64,000 bases of DNA from Mobula hypostoma (taxonomy: Eukaryota), in the NCBI RefSeq assembly GCF_963921235.1, contig NC_086106.1, positions 24,614,001 through 24,678,000 of the forward strand, written 5' to 3'. The notes beneath the pieces were generated by a model. That model was not told the DNA's origin, searched no databases, and was given only the letters and a program-made list of their open reading frames with translations. Position 1 is the stretch's first letter. The number at the start of each line of letters is the position of its first letter. This document shows, piece by piece, positions 25,520 to 37,591 of this stretch. The translations under genes were made by a program, and so were the position numbers.

Positions 25520-25930
25520 GTTCTCAGTATGATGCTTTCAATAAAAGCGAAAGAACGTTTACGATGTATTATTCTGTAAAATATAGGGATTCCCTTCCTC
25601 TAAGATCGATACTGCACTCACACGCATCTACTACATTTTCCATCGTCCCATCGCCGTGAGAGGGATAAAGTTCCCATTGTACTTCCGAGACTCGGCCAGT
25701 ACATCACGCCACGGAACTTCCGCTATCGTCCACAAGACACGTTTCGAAGCACAACTTTCTCTCCACCTTTTTGCCTGGATCAACCTCTCTGTGACTCCAT
25801 TTCATGCGCAACTGCGTACGGAACTCGATGCTGTCACTTTTTCGTGCAAATGGAATAGGTGCTAATTTTTCCCATCACCTCCTCGCTCATCTCCAATCAG
25901 GGCCCAATCAGTCTTTCCAGATGATTCCAT
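25520..25930 (+). mobile_element. Old, degenerate Penelope-like fragment (post-RT region)
   Basis: Decayed match to the DEAFHSRT...ERGFPSS...RVPLVL...RNFRHLQ...CKR...IQGPKQSFQ region of the element at 61187-63960. Confidence 0.6.
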
Positions 25931-26174
25931 AGTTTAATCGCCTGAATTTCGTGGGCACCAACTTTGTCTGACACTCCAGGCGTGGCCTAGAATAATAAAA
26001 TAATATCGAGCTGGATCGGGGAGCTTCTTCGAGCATCTTCGCTCTGTCCTTGAAAACAAAGTTCAAAGTAAATTTACTATTGAGATCATTTTCTTGTGAG
26101 CATACACATGAAATTCAGTAACTGTAATAGAGTCATTGAAATATGGAACACAACGGTGCAGACAATTATTAGTA

Positions 26175-26374
26175 NNNNNNNNNNNNNNNNNNNNNNNNNN
26201 NNNNNNNNNNNNNNNNNNNNNNNNNNNNNNNNNNNNNNNNNNNNNNNNNNNNNNNNNNNNNNNNNNNNNNNNNNNNNNNNNNNNNNNNNNNNNNNNNNNN
26301 NNNNNNNNNNNNNNNNNNNNNNNNNNNNNNNNNNNNNNNNNNNNNNNNNNNNNNNNNNNNNNNNNNNNNNNNNN
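26175..26374. other. Assembly gap (200 N)
   Basis: Exactly 200 N, a round number typical of a placeholder gap of unknown size. Confidence 0.98.
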
Positions 26375-26929
26375 GCATGAAATTAATAAGTCCTTGAAAG
26401 CGAGTCGATAGCTTGGAGGAACAGTTAACTGACGGGAAAGTTTCCCCCCTCTGGTTCAACAGCGTAATATTCGACGGGTAAGACATTTCCCTGAACCTAG
26501 AAACGTGAGGCTTGTGCCTCATTTACACTCCATGATGGCGAACCGCATGGGGCCCATGACTCGAGTGGTCGGGGTCCCTGATCATGAGTGCTGCTTTCTT
26601 ACGACAGCAATCTGTGTAAATATGCTTAATGACGTGGAATGTTTTATAGGTGACGTATAAAATTGGATGTATAAAGTACTGTTAACAGGATGTTTCGTTC
26701 AAAGACATTATATTTTCCATATAAGTCTGTGATGCAGCTAATCAACATAATTTTACATAGGAGCGTGCCCATACCTGATCGTACTTTCCCAAACTCAAGG
26801 AAGTAGCGACCCTGCTTCCGAGGGTTGATAAATTTAAAGTTGCTGACCCTCCCTGCCACTGATACCGCTGACAAAGTCTGGTACATGTACCTCAGTTTTC
26901 CTCTACCTGAAATCAACCACCAGCTCCCT

Positions 26930-27236
26930 GGGTCTTATTCACTTTGAATAAGATAATATTGTTGTGACAGATTTTAATCTACCTCTTCTCTACTGAATCG
27001 TTATCACTCTTGATTCAGCAAACAATATCATCAGCAAATGTAAATATAACGGTTGAACTGATGGTAGGCACATAGTCAGAAGTATAAAGTGAATAGAGTA
27101 GGAGGAAGACCAAACAGACATGTGGTGCAACTGTGCTGGTGGAGATTATGGGTGAGATATTGTTGCTAATCCGAACTGATTGGGTCTGCATGTGTGGAAA
27201 TCGAGCACTCAAAACATCCCAGTAAATGTAATCCAC
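26930..27236 (-). mobile_element. Rex1/Babar-like RT fragment
   Basis: QTQSVRISNNISPIISTSTVAPHVCLVFLLLYSLYTSD...IFTFADD, a decayed form of QSVRIG...STGAPQGCVLSPLLYSLYT...KFADD. Confidence 0.75.
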
Positions 27237-27899
27237 ACATTCTCTAATGTTCTTACATCCTTCCGAAAAGCAGGCAATCTGAACTCAATAATAGTCCCAG
27301 TGTGATCTACTTAGTGTTTTATGGAGCCGAAGCATTACCTCGGAGCTCTTGAACTCCATCCTGTGATTTCCGACGCTCAACGAAACAGAAACTCTCTCAA
27401 AAAATCTTTAGAGCTTCTAAATATACTATTATATATTCTATATTGAACTTGCAGAGGAAGAACTGAGAGCTGAGAGGTTTTGTGTAGGGTAGATACATCA
27501 CTGTATTGATCACAAGCTCAAGGTAGAAGTTGCTCAGATCACTACACCAGGCTTCTGAAGGTACGTACCCGATCCAGGATCGGTTTGGGTTTCAAAGCCT
27601 TCGGTTCCTGAGAATATTTGTCAGGGCGTGAAATGATACGGGGAGAAGACAAAATAATCTGTTGATGGGGACAATAAATTAGCCATGTTAAAATGACGGA
27701 AAAAAATGGACGGGCCGAATTGTGCTCATTCTTATTCTGCTTATTCTGTTCCTATTTCGCATATTATTCTGGTTTGCGGAAAATAAATGCTGCTTCGTTT
27801 TCGACTGAAGATGTAGAAATTCTCTGGCAGCCCTGCAGAAAGACTGTCTGCAACAGTAACGAAAGCCAGTCATCGGAACCGGCTGACTTCAGTCAGCTC

Positions 27900-28400
27900 T
27901 CCGTTCCAAGTGGTCTGGCTTTTCAAAAAGACGTTCAGCGACGTTTCGATGACAGACTCTGACATATTCTTCAGGGATGGTGCTGAGCCATGTCGAGTCT
28001 TGTAGAATACGCAGACCTGTTGGTCGACCACCTGGATTGGTTAGTCCTAATCAAATCAAGATACAGCTGTCCTTCGTTGTTTATAGGCGACTTAATTTTA
28101 CTTATAGGGAGAGCTTCGTTTTCGTTGAACTTTTTTCTCTAGTTTAATTTCAATAGCTTTGTTCACTGGGCAGTCCCAAAAGTCATCGGGGCTGCACAGT
28201 AGTTTTGTGCCGTTGAAGCTCCACTACCGCCAATTTGTCCATACAGAGCAAATGGATACCCTCCTGTGTACCTTCACGCGGGTGTCTGCAGTGCGTCTCT
28301 TTTCCGACATATACGCTGCTCCGTATTCACAGAAAGCTGTTAAACTTCAGCCTTACTGAGTCTCACATAAAACTTGAACGACATAAGCTGTGATCTGAGC
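27900..28400 (-). mobile_element. 3' fragment of a second Penelope-like family (GIY-YIG end and hammerhead-like tail)
   Basis: Minus strand CEYGAAY...RRTADTRVKVHRR...DFWDCPVNKAIEIKLEKK (decayed YIG...RxxEH...EAIEI), followed by CTGAAGA-stem-GAAACGTC at 27939-27976. Confidence 0.65.
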
Positions 28401-28545
28401 TTCCTTACTGGTTTGTGGATACTATCAATCCGTATATTTTTAAATCCTTACGAACTATCAGGAGATTCCTCCACGTTTTCCGGTTTTTCAGTCGGTGTTT
28501 GTAAAGGTCAATTTAAATTGTTTCACGTTTCCCCAATCCTGCAGG

Positions 28546-29885
28546 TAGAAACATGGACACGTTGAAACCCTACAGCACAATACAGGTCCTTCGGCCCACA
28601 AAGTTGTGCCGAACATATCCGGATCTCAGAACTATCTAGGCTTACCCATAGCCCCCTATTTTACTAAGCTCAATGTATCCATCCATGAGACTCTTAAAAG
28701 ACCCTATCGTTTCCGCCCCTGCCAACGCTGCCGGTAGCACATTCCACGCTCTCAGCACTCTCTGCGTAAAAACTTAATCCTGACATCCCTTCTGTACCTA
28801 ATTCCAAAGACCATAAAACTGTGCCCTCGCGTGCTAGCCATATTAGCCTTGGGGGAGAACCTCTGACTAGCCACACGATCAATGCCTCTCATTATCTTAT
28901 GCACCTCTATCAGTTCACCTCTCATCCTCCGTTCGTCCAAGGAGAAAATGCCGGATTCACTCAATCTATTCTCATAAGGCATGCTCCCCAATCCATGCAC
29001 CATCCTTGTAAATCTCCTTTGCACCCTTCCCATGGTTTTCATGTTAGTCCTGTAGTGAGGCGTGCTGAATTGAGCACAGTATTCCAGCTGGGTTCTGACC
29101 AGGGTCCAATATACCTGCAACATTGCCTTTCGGCTTTTAAACTCAATCGCACGATTGATAAATGTCAATGCACCATATGCCTTCTTAACCAGAGAGTCAA
29201 CCTACGTAGCAATGTTGAGTGTCCTATGAACTCGGACGCCAAGTTACCTTTGATCCTTCACACTGCTAAAAGTCTTGCAAATAATGCTATATGCTTCCAT
29301 CATATTCGACCTACCAAAATAAACCTTCTCACACTTACCTGGGTGGAACTCCATCTACCACTTGTCAGACCAGTTTTGCATCATATCGATGTCCCACTAT
29401 AACCTCTGACTGCCCTCCACACTGTCAACAACCCACCCAACATTGTGTCATCAGCAAATTTACTGACCCATCTTCCACCACCTCATCCAGGTAATTAGTA
29501 AAACCAAAAAGGGTGGGGGTCCCAGAACACATCTCTGCGACACACCACAAGTCACTAGCCTCCATGCAGAATATGACCCGTCTGCAACCACACTTTGCCT
29601 TCTGTGGGCACGCCAGTTCTGGATCCCTAAAGCAATGTCCCCTAAGATCCCATGGCTCCTTACTTTCTCAATAAGCCTTGCATGGTGTACCTTATCAAAG
29701 GCCTTGCTAAAATCCATAGATACTACATCTACGGCTCTATCCACATCAATGCATTTAGTCACATATTAAAAACATTCAGTCAGGTTCGTAAGGCACGACC
29801 TGCCTTTGACAAAGCCATGCTGACTATTGCTAATCATATTATGCCTCTCGAAATATTCTTAAATCCGGCCTCTCAGGATCTTCTC
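28546..29885 (-). mobile_element. 5'-truncated CR1-type LINE
   Basis: DVVSMDFSKAFDKVHHARL...GVSQRCVLGP...LVRTQLEYCAQF. The 3' end matches that of 12728-13897. Confidence 0.9.
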
Positions 29886-30159
29886 CTCAGTCCCTACTTC
29901 CAAGAACTTTAAAACTATGCCCTCTCATGATAGACATTACAGCCCTGGGGAAAAACAAAAAAAGCCTCTGACTTCCCACACGATCGATGCCTCTCCTTAT
30001 CTTGTAAACCGCTACCTTGTGCCCAATCGTCTTACTATATCGTGGAGTATCTCTGGGTCCAAAATAGATCCATATAGTTAATTAAAGTAGAAACCGGCAT
30101 TCAGGACCACTGGAGCTATATCTGTTTGGGTTACCCGGGGAAATCGTCTGCAGGAGAAC

Positions 30160-30625
30160 ATTGCATTCGAACACCAAACTAGATGCAGCTGGTTGAAAGC
30201 ATTCCTCAAGCATATAAAACCATTAAATGCAACATGTCACTAAAGATTCATTGTTTGTATTCCCATTTAGACTTCTTCACTGCAAATCCCGGTGCTGCTA
30301 GTGACGAGCATGGTGATAGGTTTCAGCAGGACATTGACGTCTTGGAGAAAAGATACCAGGACGACTGGAATCCATCAATGCTGGCGAATTATTGTTGGAC
30401 ACCCAAGTGACAAGCCGCAAACAGTGAGTACAAATAAAATAATTAACAAAATATTTTAACTTAACTGAACTATTGCAAAGAATCAGGACCATTATGCAAT
30501 TAAACACACTAAAAGTTAATTTGTTGTTCCTCCAGATCGATGTGATAGCTCCATATGCTAATACTAGACTTAAATGAATCAATCTATACATTTCTGAGAA
30601 TTCCTTCCTGTTTGTCATGTAATTT
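30160..30625 (+). mobile_element. DDE DNA-transposon C-terminal fragment, probably CMC/Chapaev-3-like
   Basis: CNMSLKIHCLYSHLDFFTANPGAASDEHGDRFQQDIDVLEKRYQDDWNPSMLANYCW, i.e. an HxxxH motif followed by the catalytic-E region. The family assignment is from recall and needs a search. Confidence 0.6.
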
Positions 30626-31711
30626 TCTCAGTTGTGCTCACTCAGTAGTCAAACAAAAATATCGAAAGTAATTTTGGTTTACAGTTGGCAGAGTACGTGT
30701 GTGAAGAAGATGCAAATTGCAGACCTGAGCTGGGCACAGTTCCTCACAGCTAGTTTGGAAAGCGTTAAATGATTGCATTCAGTTTCAAAGACTGACACAT
30801 TTGTAAATACTTCCTAGTATTGAAAGAAAGAAAGAGTCTCAGTTTACTGCTTGTTTCGTGGACTTAATTGGAATGTGCCAGCTCTATTAGATTATTAAGT
30901 TATTCACTCACACGAATGTTTGTCAGTACACAGGGAATGAGTCTGAAATGCTGACTAATATGTAAAGAGACCTGGGAACACAAAACAACTGGAACCAACA
31001 GAAACAAGTTTCTTCTTATTTCTTAAAAAAATTCAGAGCTTCCTGGCCTGTTCCGCTCAACATATATAACTTCATTAGTACCGATTTATCTGTTTGAATT
31101 TACACAGGATGAACGCACAACATAAATTGCATGATCAAATTACTAAGAAAAGTTCGGTAAAGGTCCATACTGTGTAAAAGAGTGGTGCAGAAACGGACCG
31201 GCTCAAGCAAATGTTTGCTAGTGTTGAAATAAAAATAGAAATGTATTCATTAAACAGGTTGCTTGTTAATTCCACGTTTTAAAAAATGTCAGTAACTGTC
31301 AACTGCAACACAGGAAATGCGACACAAATCCAACAACAACTGAAATATGTATTATTCCTTATTTGGGGATCATTTCGCTTGTAATGATTCACTTGAATAT
31401 GTATTACGGCCAGGGTATTCAGCATTAGCAGGGTACCCTGTTGTGTATCTGCAATATGGTCATGATTAACGCCATGTTGATTTGCTGTATAGTTGTTTGC
31501 TCCATAGAGTAAGTGTAAGCTTTGTGGTTTACAGCCTAAATATCACCTATGCAAAAGACTAAGGTACAAAGCTGCAGCAGCCCGCCACAAAAGGTGTTGC
31601 ACGAACAGATTTGCTTTATTCAACAACGAAACTTACTCCACCGGCATCAAATGGCAATGAACTGGTCGAATGCGTGAACGATCGTTAGCTAAGAAAGTTA
31701 CGCTTTCGAAA

Positions 31712-32797
31712 CCCATAGAACCATAGAACCATAGAAACTACAGCACAGAAACAGGCTCTTTGGCCCTTCTTGGCTGTGCGAATCATTTTCTGCCTAGTCC
31801 CACTAACCTGCACACGGACCATATTCCTCCATACACCTCCCATCCATGTATCTGTCCCCTCTAGTTGGTCCCTCTATATACTGATTTAGAAAACGTTCCT
31901 GAACACATTTTACAAACTCTAAACCATCTAGACCCCTAACAGTATGTGAGTCCCAATCAATGTATGGAAAATTAAAATCCCTTACAACCACAACTTTATG
32001 TTTCCTGCAGTTGCCTGCTATCTCTCTGCAGATTTTCTCTTCCAAACTCGTTGACTATTGGGTGGTCTGTAATACAATCCCACTAATGTGGTCATACATT
32101 TCCTGTCTCTCAGCTCCACCCATAAGGACTCAGCAGACAAGCACTCTAATCTGTCCTGCCTGAGCATTGCTGTAATATTTTCCATAACAAGCAATGCTAC
32201 TCCCCCATCTTTCATTCCTCTGCCTCGATCACATCTGAAACATCGGAACCCTGGAATATTAAACTGCTAGCCCTGCCCCTCCTGTAGCTAAGTTTCACTA
32301 ATTGCCAGAACATCATAATTCCACGTGTTAATCCACGCCCTCAACTCATCCGCCTTCCCCGCAATACTCCTAGCATTGAAATATATACGCCTCAGAAGAT
32401 TTTTACCACCACTCACAACCCTTCTATTAGCGGATTTCCTTAAACTTTCAACATCATTTATTTTCACCCCAACCGCACAGCTCTGGCACTCTGGTTCGCA
32501 TCCCCCTGCAAATCTAGTTTAAAGCCTCCCCAATAGCACTAACAAACCTCCCTGAAAGGATATTGGTCCCCCTGTGGTTCAAGTGTAACCCGTCTCTCTT
32601 GTACAGGTCCACCTGCCCCAGAAGAGGTCCCAATGATCCTGAAATCTGAAACCCTGCCCCCTACACCAGTTCCTCAGCCACTTGTTCCCCCTCCATATCG
32701 TACTATTCCTACCCTCACAAGGCACCTAGCACAGGTAGCAATCCTGAGATTACCACCCTTGAGGTCCTGCTTTTCAACTTCCTACCAAGCTCTACCA
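31712..32797 (-). mobile_element. Internally deleted CR1 (end of ORF1 esterase, APE endonuclease, 3' tail)
   Basis: RKLKSRTSRVVISGLLP and DGLHLN (SGNH-like ORF1), LWVELRD...VGLYYRPPNS and RDFNFPYIDW (APE), joined to a CCATAGAA-repeat tail. Absent from the paralog at about 5810. Confidence 0.8.
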
Positions 32798-33174
32798 ATG
32801 ACGACCAAACCTGCATCCCGTTGTCGTGCAGAGGAATCCTATTCCGAGGGGAAATATTCAGATGCCGTGGGAAGCTACTGTGGTAGCGATTACCAGGAAA
32901 TCGGTTACAAAGGTATGAAATAGATGGTGAGTGATTGATGAGGGGAGGCTGCAACAGATCGGGGCAGATTTCACTGGCCACGAGTTTCATAAGGAAGAGG
33001 TCAAAAGCTATATAGTAGCCTACTAGTTAGCACAAATATGTACTGTTCCTATGACCCCAATTCAATTCGCGCCACTGTTTGTAAAGTCATTGTGCTTCCT
33101 TCCTGGAAAGTCTGGAAGGATTTGCTAGGCTGATTGATTATTGCAAGTTATAGCGTGATTACGCTAGGATTTGT

Positions 33175-33500
33175 GGGCACGTGGCCAATAGTTAAGGCAT
33201 TGGACAAGCTACCTGAAGGTCGTGAGTACGAGGCCCAGTCAAGGGAATGTGTTGTGTCCTTCAACAAAGCACTTAATCACATATTGCTCTGCAACGACAC
33301 AGGTGCCAAGCTGTATGGGTCCAAATGTCCTCCCATTGAACAGCACTGGTGTCGTGGAGAGGGGACACTTGCAGCACGGACAACTGCTGATCTTCCGTAC
33401 AACCTTGCCCAGGCCTGCGCCCTGGCGAATGAAGACGTTCCAGGCGCAGATCCATGGTCTCGCAAGAGTAACGGACGCCTTACGCTAGGATTAAATAAAG
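33175..33500 (+). mobile_element. tRNA-derived SINE
   Basis: Decayed A-box (TGGCCAATAG) and B-box (GTACGAGGC), then a CORE-like TGTGTCCTT..AAGCACTTAA segment. Homologous to 34464-34790. Confidence 0.75.
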
Positions 33501-34463
33501 GTATTGCCGGACTGTGTACCTCGAGGTGCGGAAAGAAGAAATTCTTCACTGATCTCAAGAAATAAATAAGAAATCATATAAACAAACAAACACATAAGTA
33601 AATAAATAATACTCGGCATGCCCTGTAAATCAATATGTTTGGTGTGAAGTCGGGATGAATTTGGATTTTTAAAGAAGTTATCCAACGCTTATAGATGACA
33701 GGTAAATTAAATTAAGTGCCTACGCTCTTCGGATTTTTGCAGAACCGATGAAACCGTTTACAATGCATGCACCATGTCCTTCAGAACTGCATCTATAAAT
33801 TACTCCCTTTCGTGTGAAAGATGAAACTGAAATTCACTGTAACGATAAATCGGTTTATGCTCCCTTTATTTGCCACAGTTGAATTCATTTCTCACTGTGT
33901 TCACAGTGAAGTTGCAGGAGGGAAATTTTATTCTGAAGCAGAAATACCTTAGTAGCGAAATTTTATGTTGCACTCGGGACACTCTAAGTCAACACATCAT
34001 AACTCTGTTAATAGCAGGAAAAGTCAGAATTTGCGATAGGCTTTCAATTTCAAATATCCTTTTTGTTTGAAAATTCTGTAGTTCTGTACGTCTTGCATTT
34101 TGAGAACCGATTTCATAATATGAAGAGAGGGATGCAATGAGAGCATTGCCTTCTGAAAGATCATTTTGAAAATTGTAGTAATAGACCACAAAATACCAGA
34201 TGCACGATAATATTCGGAGGGTGTGTGATGCTCCAGAGGGTACAATTGTTTGAACAGTAAAGCTCGCCTGACTGGAAGTGCGAGTAACTGTTCCTACATA
34301 GTCTCACCCTCCAACAGTCCTTCAGTCAACTTTAAAAAGTCATCATTGGATGCAGTAACTATTGAATTGTTTTACATGCGATTCTACAGAACTATCTATC
34401 TGTTCGTCTGTGCCATAATTTGTTTATTTTCTTTTTAATTCTATTGATTTAGTTACCATTAAT

Positions 34464-34790
34464 TTACGTGGCCAAGTGGTTAAGGCGTACGTCAAGTGAT
34501 CTGAAGGTCGCGAGTCGAGCCTTGGCTGAGGCAGCGTGCTGTGTCCTTGAGTAAGGCACTTAACCACACATTGCTCTGTGACGACATGTCTACCAAGCTG
34601 TATGGGCCCTAATGCCCTGCCCTTAAACAACACTGGTGTCTTAATGCCGTTCCCAGCACAACATAGGTGGTGTGGAGACTGAAGACTTGCAGTATGGGCA
34701 TCTGCCAGTCTTCCATACAACCGTGCCGAGGCCTGCGACCTGGAAACCTACCAAGGCGCAAATCCATGGTCTCACCATTCTAACGGATGA
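34464..34790 (+). mobile_element. tRNA-derived SINE
   Basis: A-box TGGCCAAGTGG (34469-34479), B-box-like GAGTCGAGCC, then TGTGTCCTTGAGTAAGGCACTTAACC. Confidence 0.8.
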
Positions 34791-35004
34791 ATATATATAG
34801 ATAGAGGTATTTACATATTTATGTTACTTATTCAGTAAGTGAGTTGCTTATTAATTAATTACGTGATACATATTTACATATGCATTATTTAGTGAAACGT
34901 CTAGGTACATTTGATTATAAAACCGTAAAATGTAGGCCACAATTTATAATTCGTAAACGCTCTCCTGTGGACGTCTAGAAATAAAAAAGAACAACAACAA
35001 CAAG

Positions 35005-37591
35005 AAAACAACAGGAATTCTGCAGATGCTGGAAATTCAAGCAACACACATCAAAGTTGCTGGTGAACGCAGCAGGCCAGGCAGCATCTCTAGGAAGAGG
35101 TGCAGTCGACGTTTCAGTCCGAGACCCTTCGTCAGGACTAACTGAAGGAAGAGTGAGTAAGCGATTTGAAAGTTGGAGGGGGAGGGGGATATCCGAATTG
35201 ATAGGAGAAGACAGGAGGCGGAGGGATGGAGCACAGAGCTGGGCAGGTGATTGATAAAAGGGATACGAGAGGATCATGGGACAGGAGGTCCAGGAAGAAA
35301 GACGGTGGAGGGGGGCGGGGTGGGAACCCAGGGGATGGGCAAGGGGTAAATTCAGAGGGACAGAGGGAGAAAAAAGGAGAGTGAATGAAAGAATATGTGT
35401 ATAAACATAAGTCACAGATGGGGTACGAGGGGGAGGTGGGGCATTAGCGGAAGTTAGAGAATTCGATGTTCACGCCATCAGGAAAAGGCTACCCAGACGG
35501 AATATAAGGTGTTCTTCCTCCAACTTGAGTGTGGCTTCATCTTTACAGTAGAGGAGGCCGTGGATAGAAATGTCAGAATGGGAATGGGATGTGGAATTAA
35601 AATGTGTGGCCACTGGAAGATACTGCTTTCTCTGGCGGACAGAGCGTAGGTGTTCAGCATAGTGGCCTCCCAGTCTGGGTCGGGTCTCGCCAAGATATAA
35701 AAGGGCACATCCGGAGCACCGGACGCAGTATATCACCCCAGCCGACTCACAGGTGAAGTGTCGCCTCACCTGGAAGGACTGTTTGGGGCCCTGAATGGTG
35801 GTAAGGGAGGAAGTGTAACGGCATGTGTAGCACTTCTTCCGCTTACACGGATAAGTGCCAGGAGGAAGATCAGTGGGGAGGGATTGGGGTTCCGAATGGA
35901 CAAGGGAGTCGCGTAGGGAGTGATCCCTGCGGAAAGCAGAGAGAGCGGGGGAGGGAAAGATGTGCTTACTGGTGGGATCCCGCAGGAGGTGGCGGATGTT
36001 ACGGAGAATAATATATTTGGACCCGGAGGCTGTTGGGGTTGCAGGCGAGGAGCAGGGGAACCCTATTCCTAGTGGGGTGGCGGGAAGATGGAGTGAGAGC
36101 AGATGTACGTGAAATGGGGGAGATGCGTTTAAGAGCAGAGTTGATAATGGAGGAAGGTAAGCCCCTTTCTTTAAAATAGGAGGACATCTCCCTCGTCCTA
36201 GACTGAAAAGCCTCATCCTGAGAGCAGATGCGGCGGAGACCGAGGAATTGCGAGAAGGGGATGGCGTTTTTGCAAGAGACAGGGTGAGAAGAGGAATAGT
36301 TCAGATAGCTGTGAGAGTCAGTAGGATTATAGTAGACATCAGTGGATAAGCTGTCTCCAGAGACAGAGACAGAAAGCAGCGCCAATGCAGTCGTCGATGT
36401 AGCGAAGGAAAAGTGGGGGACAGATACCAGAATAGGCACGGAGCATAGATTGTTCCACAAAGCCAACAAAAATGCAGGCATAGCTAGGAACCATACGGGT
36501 GCCCATGGCTACACTTTTAGTTTGGAGGAAGTGGGGGGAGCCAAAGGAGATATTATTAAGAGTAAGGACTAATTCCGCTAGACGGAGCAGAGTGGTGGTA
36601 GAGGGAGCCTGATTAGGTCTGGAATCCAAAAAGAAGCGTAGAGCTTTGAGACATTCTTGATGGGGGATGGAAGTATATAGGGACTGGACATCCATGGTGA
36701 AAATAAAGCGGTGGAGGCCAGGGAACTGAAAGTCATCGAAACATTTAAGAGAGTGAGAAGTGTCACGAATATAGGTAGGAAGCGATTGAACAAGGGGGTA
36801 TAAAACCGTGTCGAGATACGCAAAAACGTTGTCGGTGGGGCAGGAGCAAGCTGAGACAATAGGTCTGCCAGGACAGGCAGGTTTGTGGATCTTGGGTAGG
36901 AGGTAGAAACGGGAAGTGCGAGGTGTGGGAACTATAAGGTTTGTAGCAATGGATGGGAGATCCCCTGAGCGGATAAAGTCGGTGAAGGTGTCAGAGAAAA
37001 TGGTCTGGTGCTCCTTAGTGCGTTACGATCGAGGGGTATATAAGAGGAGGTATCCGCGAGTTGTTGCTGTGCCTCGGCAAGGTAGAGGTCAGTACGCCAG
37101 ATTACAACAACACCCCACTTATTGGCGGGTTTAATAATAAGGTTAGGATTAGTGCGGAGGGATTGGAGAGCATTGCGTTTCGAAGGAGTGAGTTTGGAAT
37201 GGGGACAAGGTGCGGTGAGTTCGAGACGGCTGATGTCCCGTCGGCATTTAGCGATAAAGAGATCCAGAGCAGGCAGAAGACCAGAGCGGGGGGCCCATGA
37301 AGAAGAGGAGGGTTGAAGACGGGAGAAGGGGTCATCGGTGGGGGTGGAAGTGTCCTTGCAGAAGAAGTAGGCTCGGATACGGAGACAGCGGAAGAAGAGT
37401 TCCGCATCATGGCGAATGCGGAACTCGCTGAGCTGTGGACGAAGGGGGATAAATGCGAGGCCCTTACTGAGGACAGAGCGCTCTGCCTCCGACAGTTGAA
37501 GGTTGGAGGGGATGGTAAAGACCCGGCACGGATGAGAGCTGGGATCAGAGGCGGGAGGGGGGAGGCTGAGGGTGTCAATGGAGAGGGGAGG
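35005..37591 (-). mobile_element. Penelope-like element (RT + GIY-YIG), 5'-truncated and disrupted
   Basis: MDVQSLYTSIP...VAMGTRM...FLRYIDDCIG and FTCESAGVIYCVRCSGCALLYLGET. Frameshifts and an internal deletion of about 110 nt after YIDDCIGA. 12-bp TSD AACAACAACAAG (34993-35004, 37592-37603). Confidence 0.93.
35103..35140 (-). ncRNA. Minimal type I hammerhead ribozyme motif (one stem II mismatch)
   Basis: Minus strand TAGTC-CTGACGA-AGGGTCTCGGACT-GAAA-CGTC-GACTG. Confidence 0.6.

Noticed and set aside
26096-26522. ORFs spanning the N run
   Set aside because: Artefacts of translating the gap.
27693-27800. Hydrophobic stretch (IVLILILLILFLFRILFWF) as a leader or TM exon
   Set aside because: No splice context or adjacent Ig exon. 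It derives from a short TTATTCTG repeat next to TE debris.
33893-33908. CACTGTG-TT-CACAGTG resembling a germline RAG signal joint
   Set aside because: No nonamer at 12 or 23 nt on either side. The paralog at 6735-6750 reads CACAGTG-TT-CACAGTG, so the palindrome arises from a single substitution.
33175-34790. tRNA genes
   Set aside because: The A/B boxes belong to SINE heads, which continue into a shared SINE body. No cloverleaf is evident.
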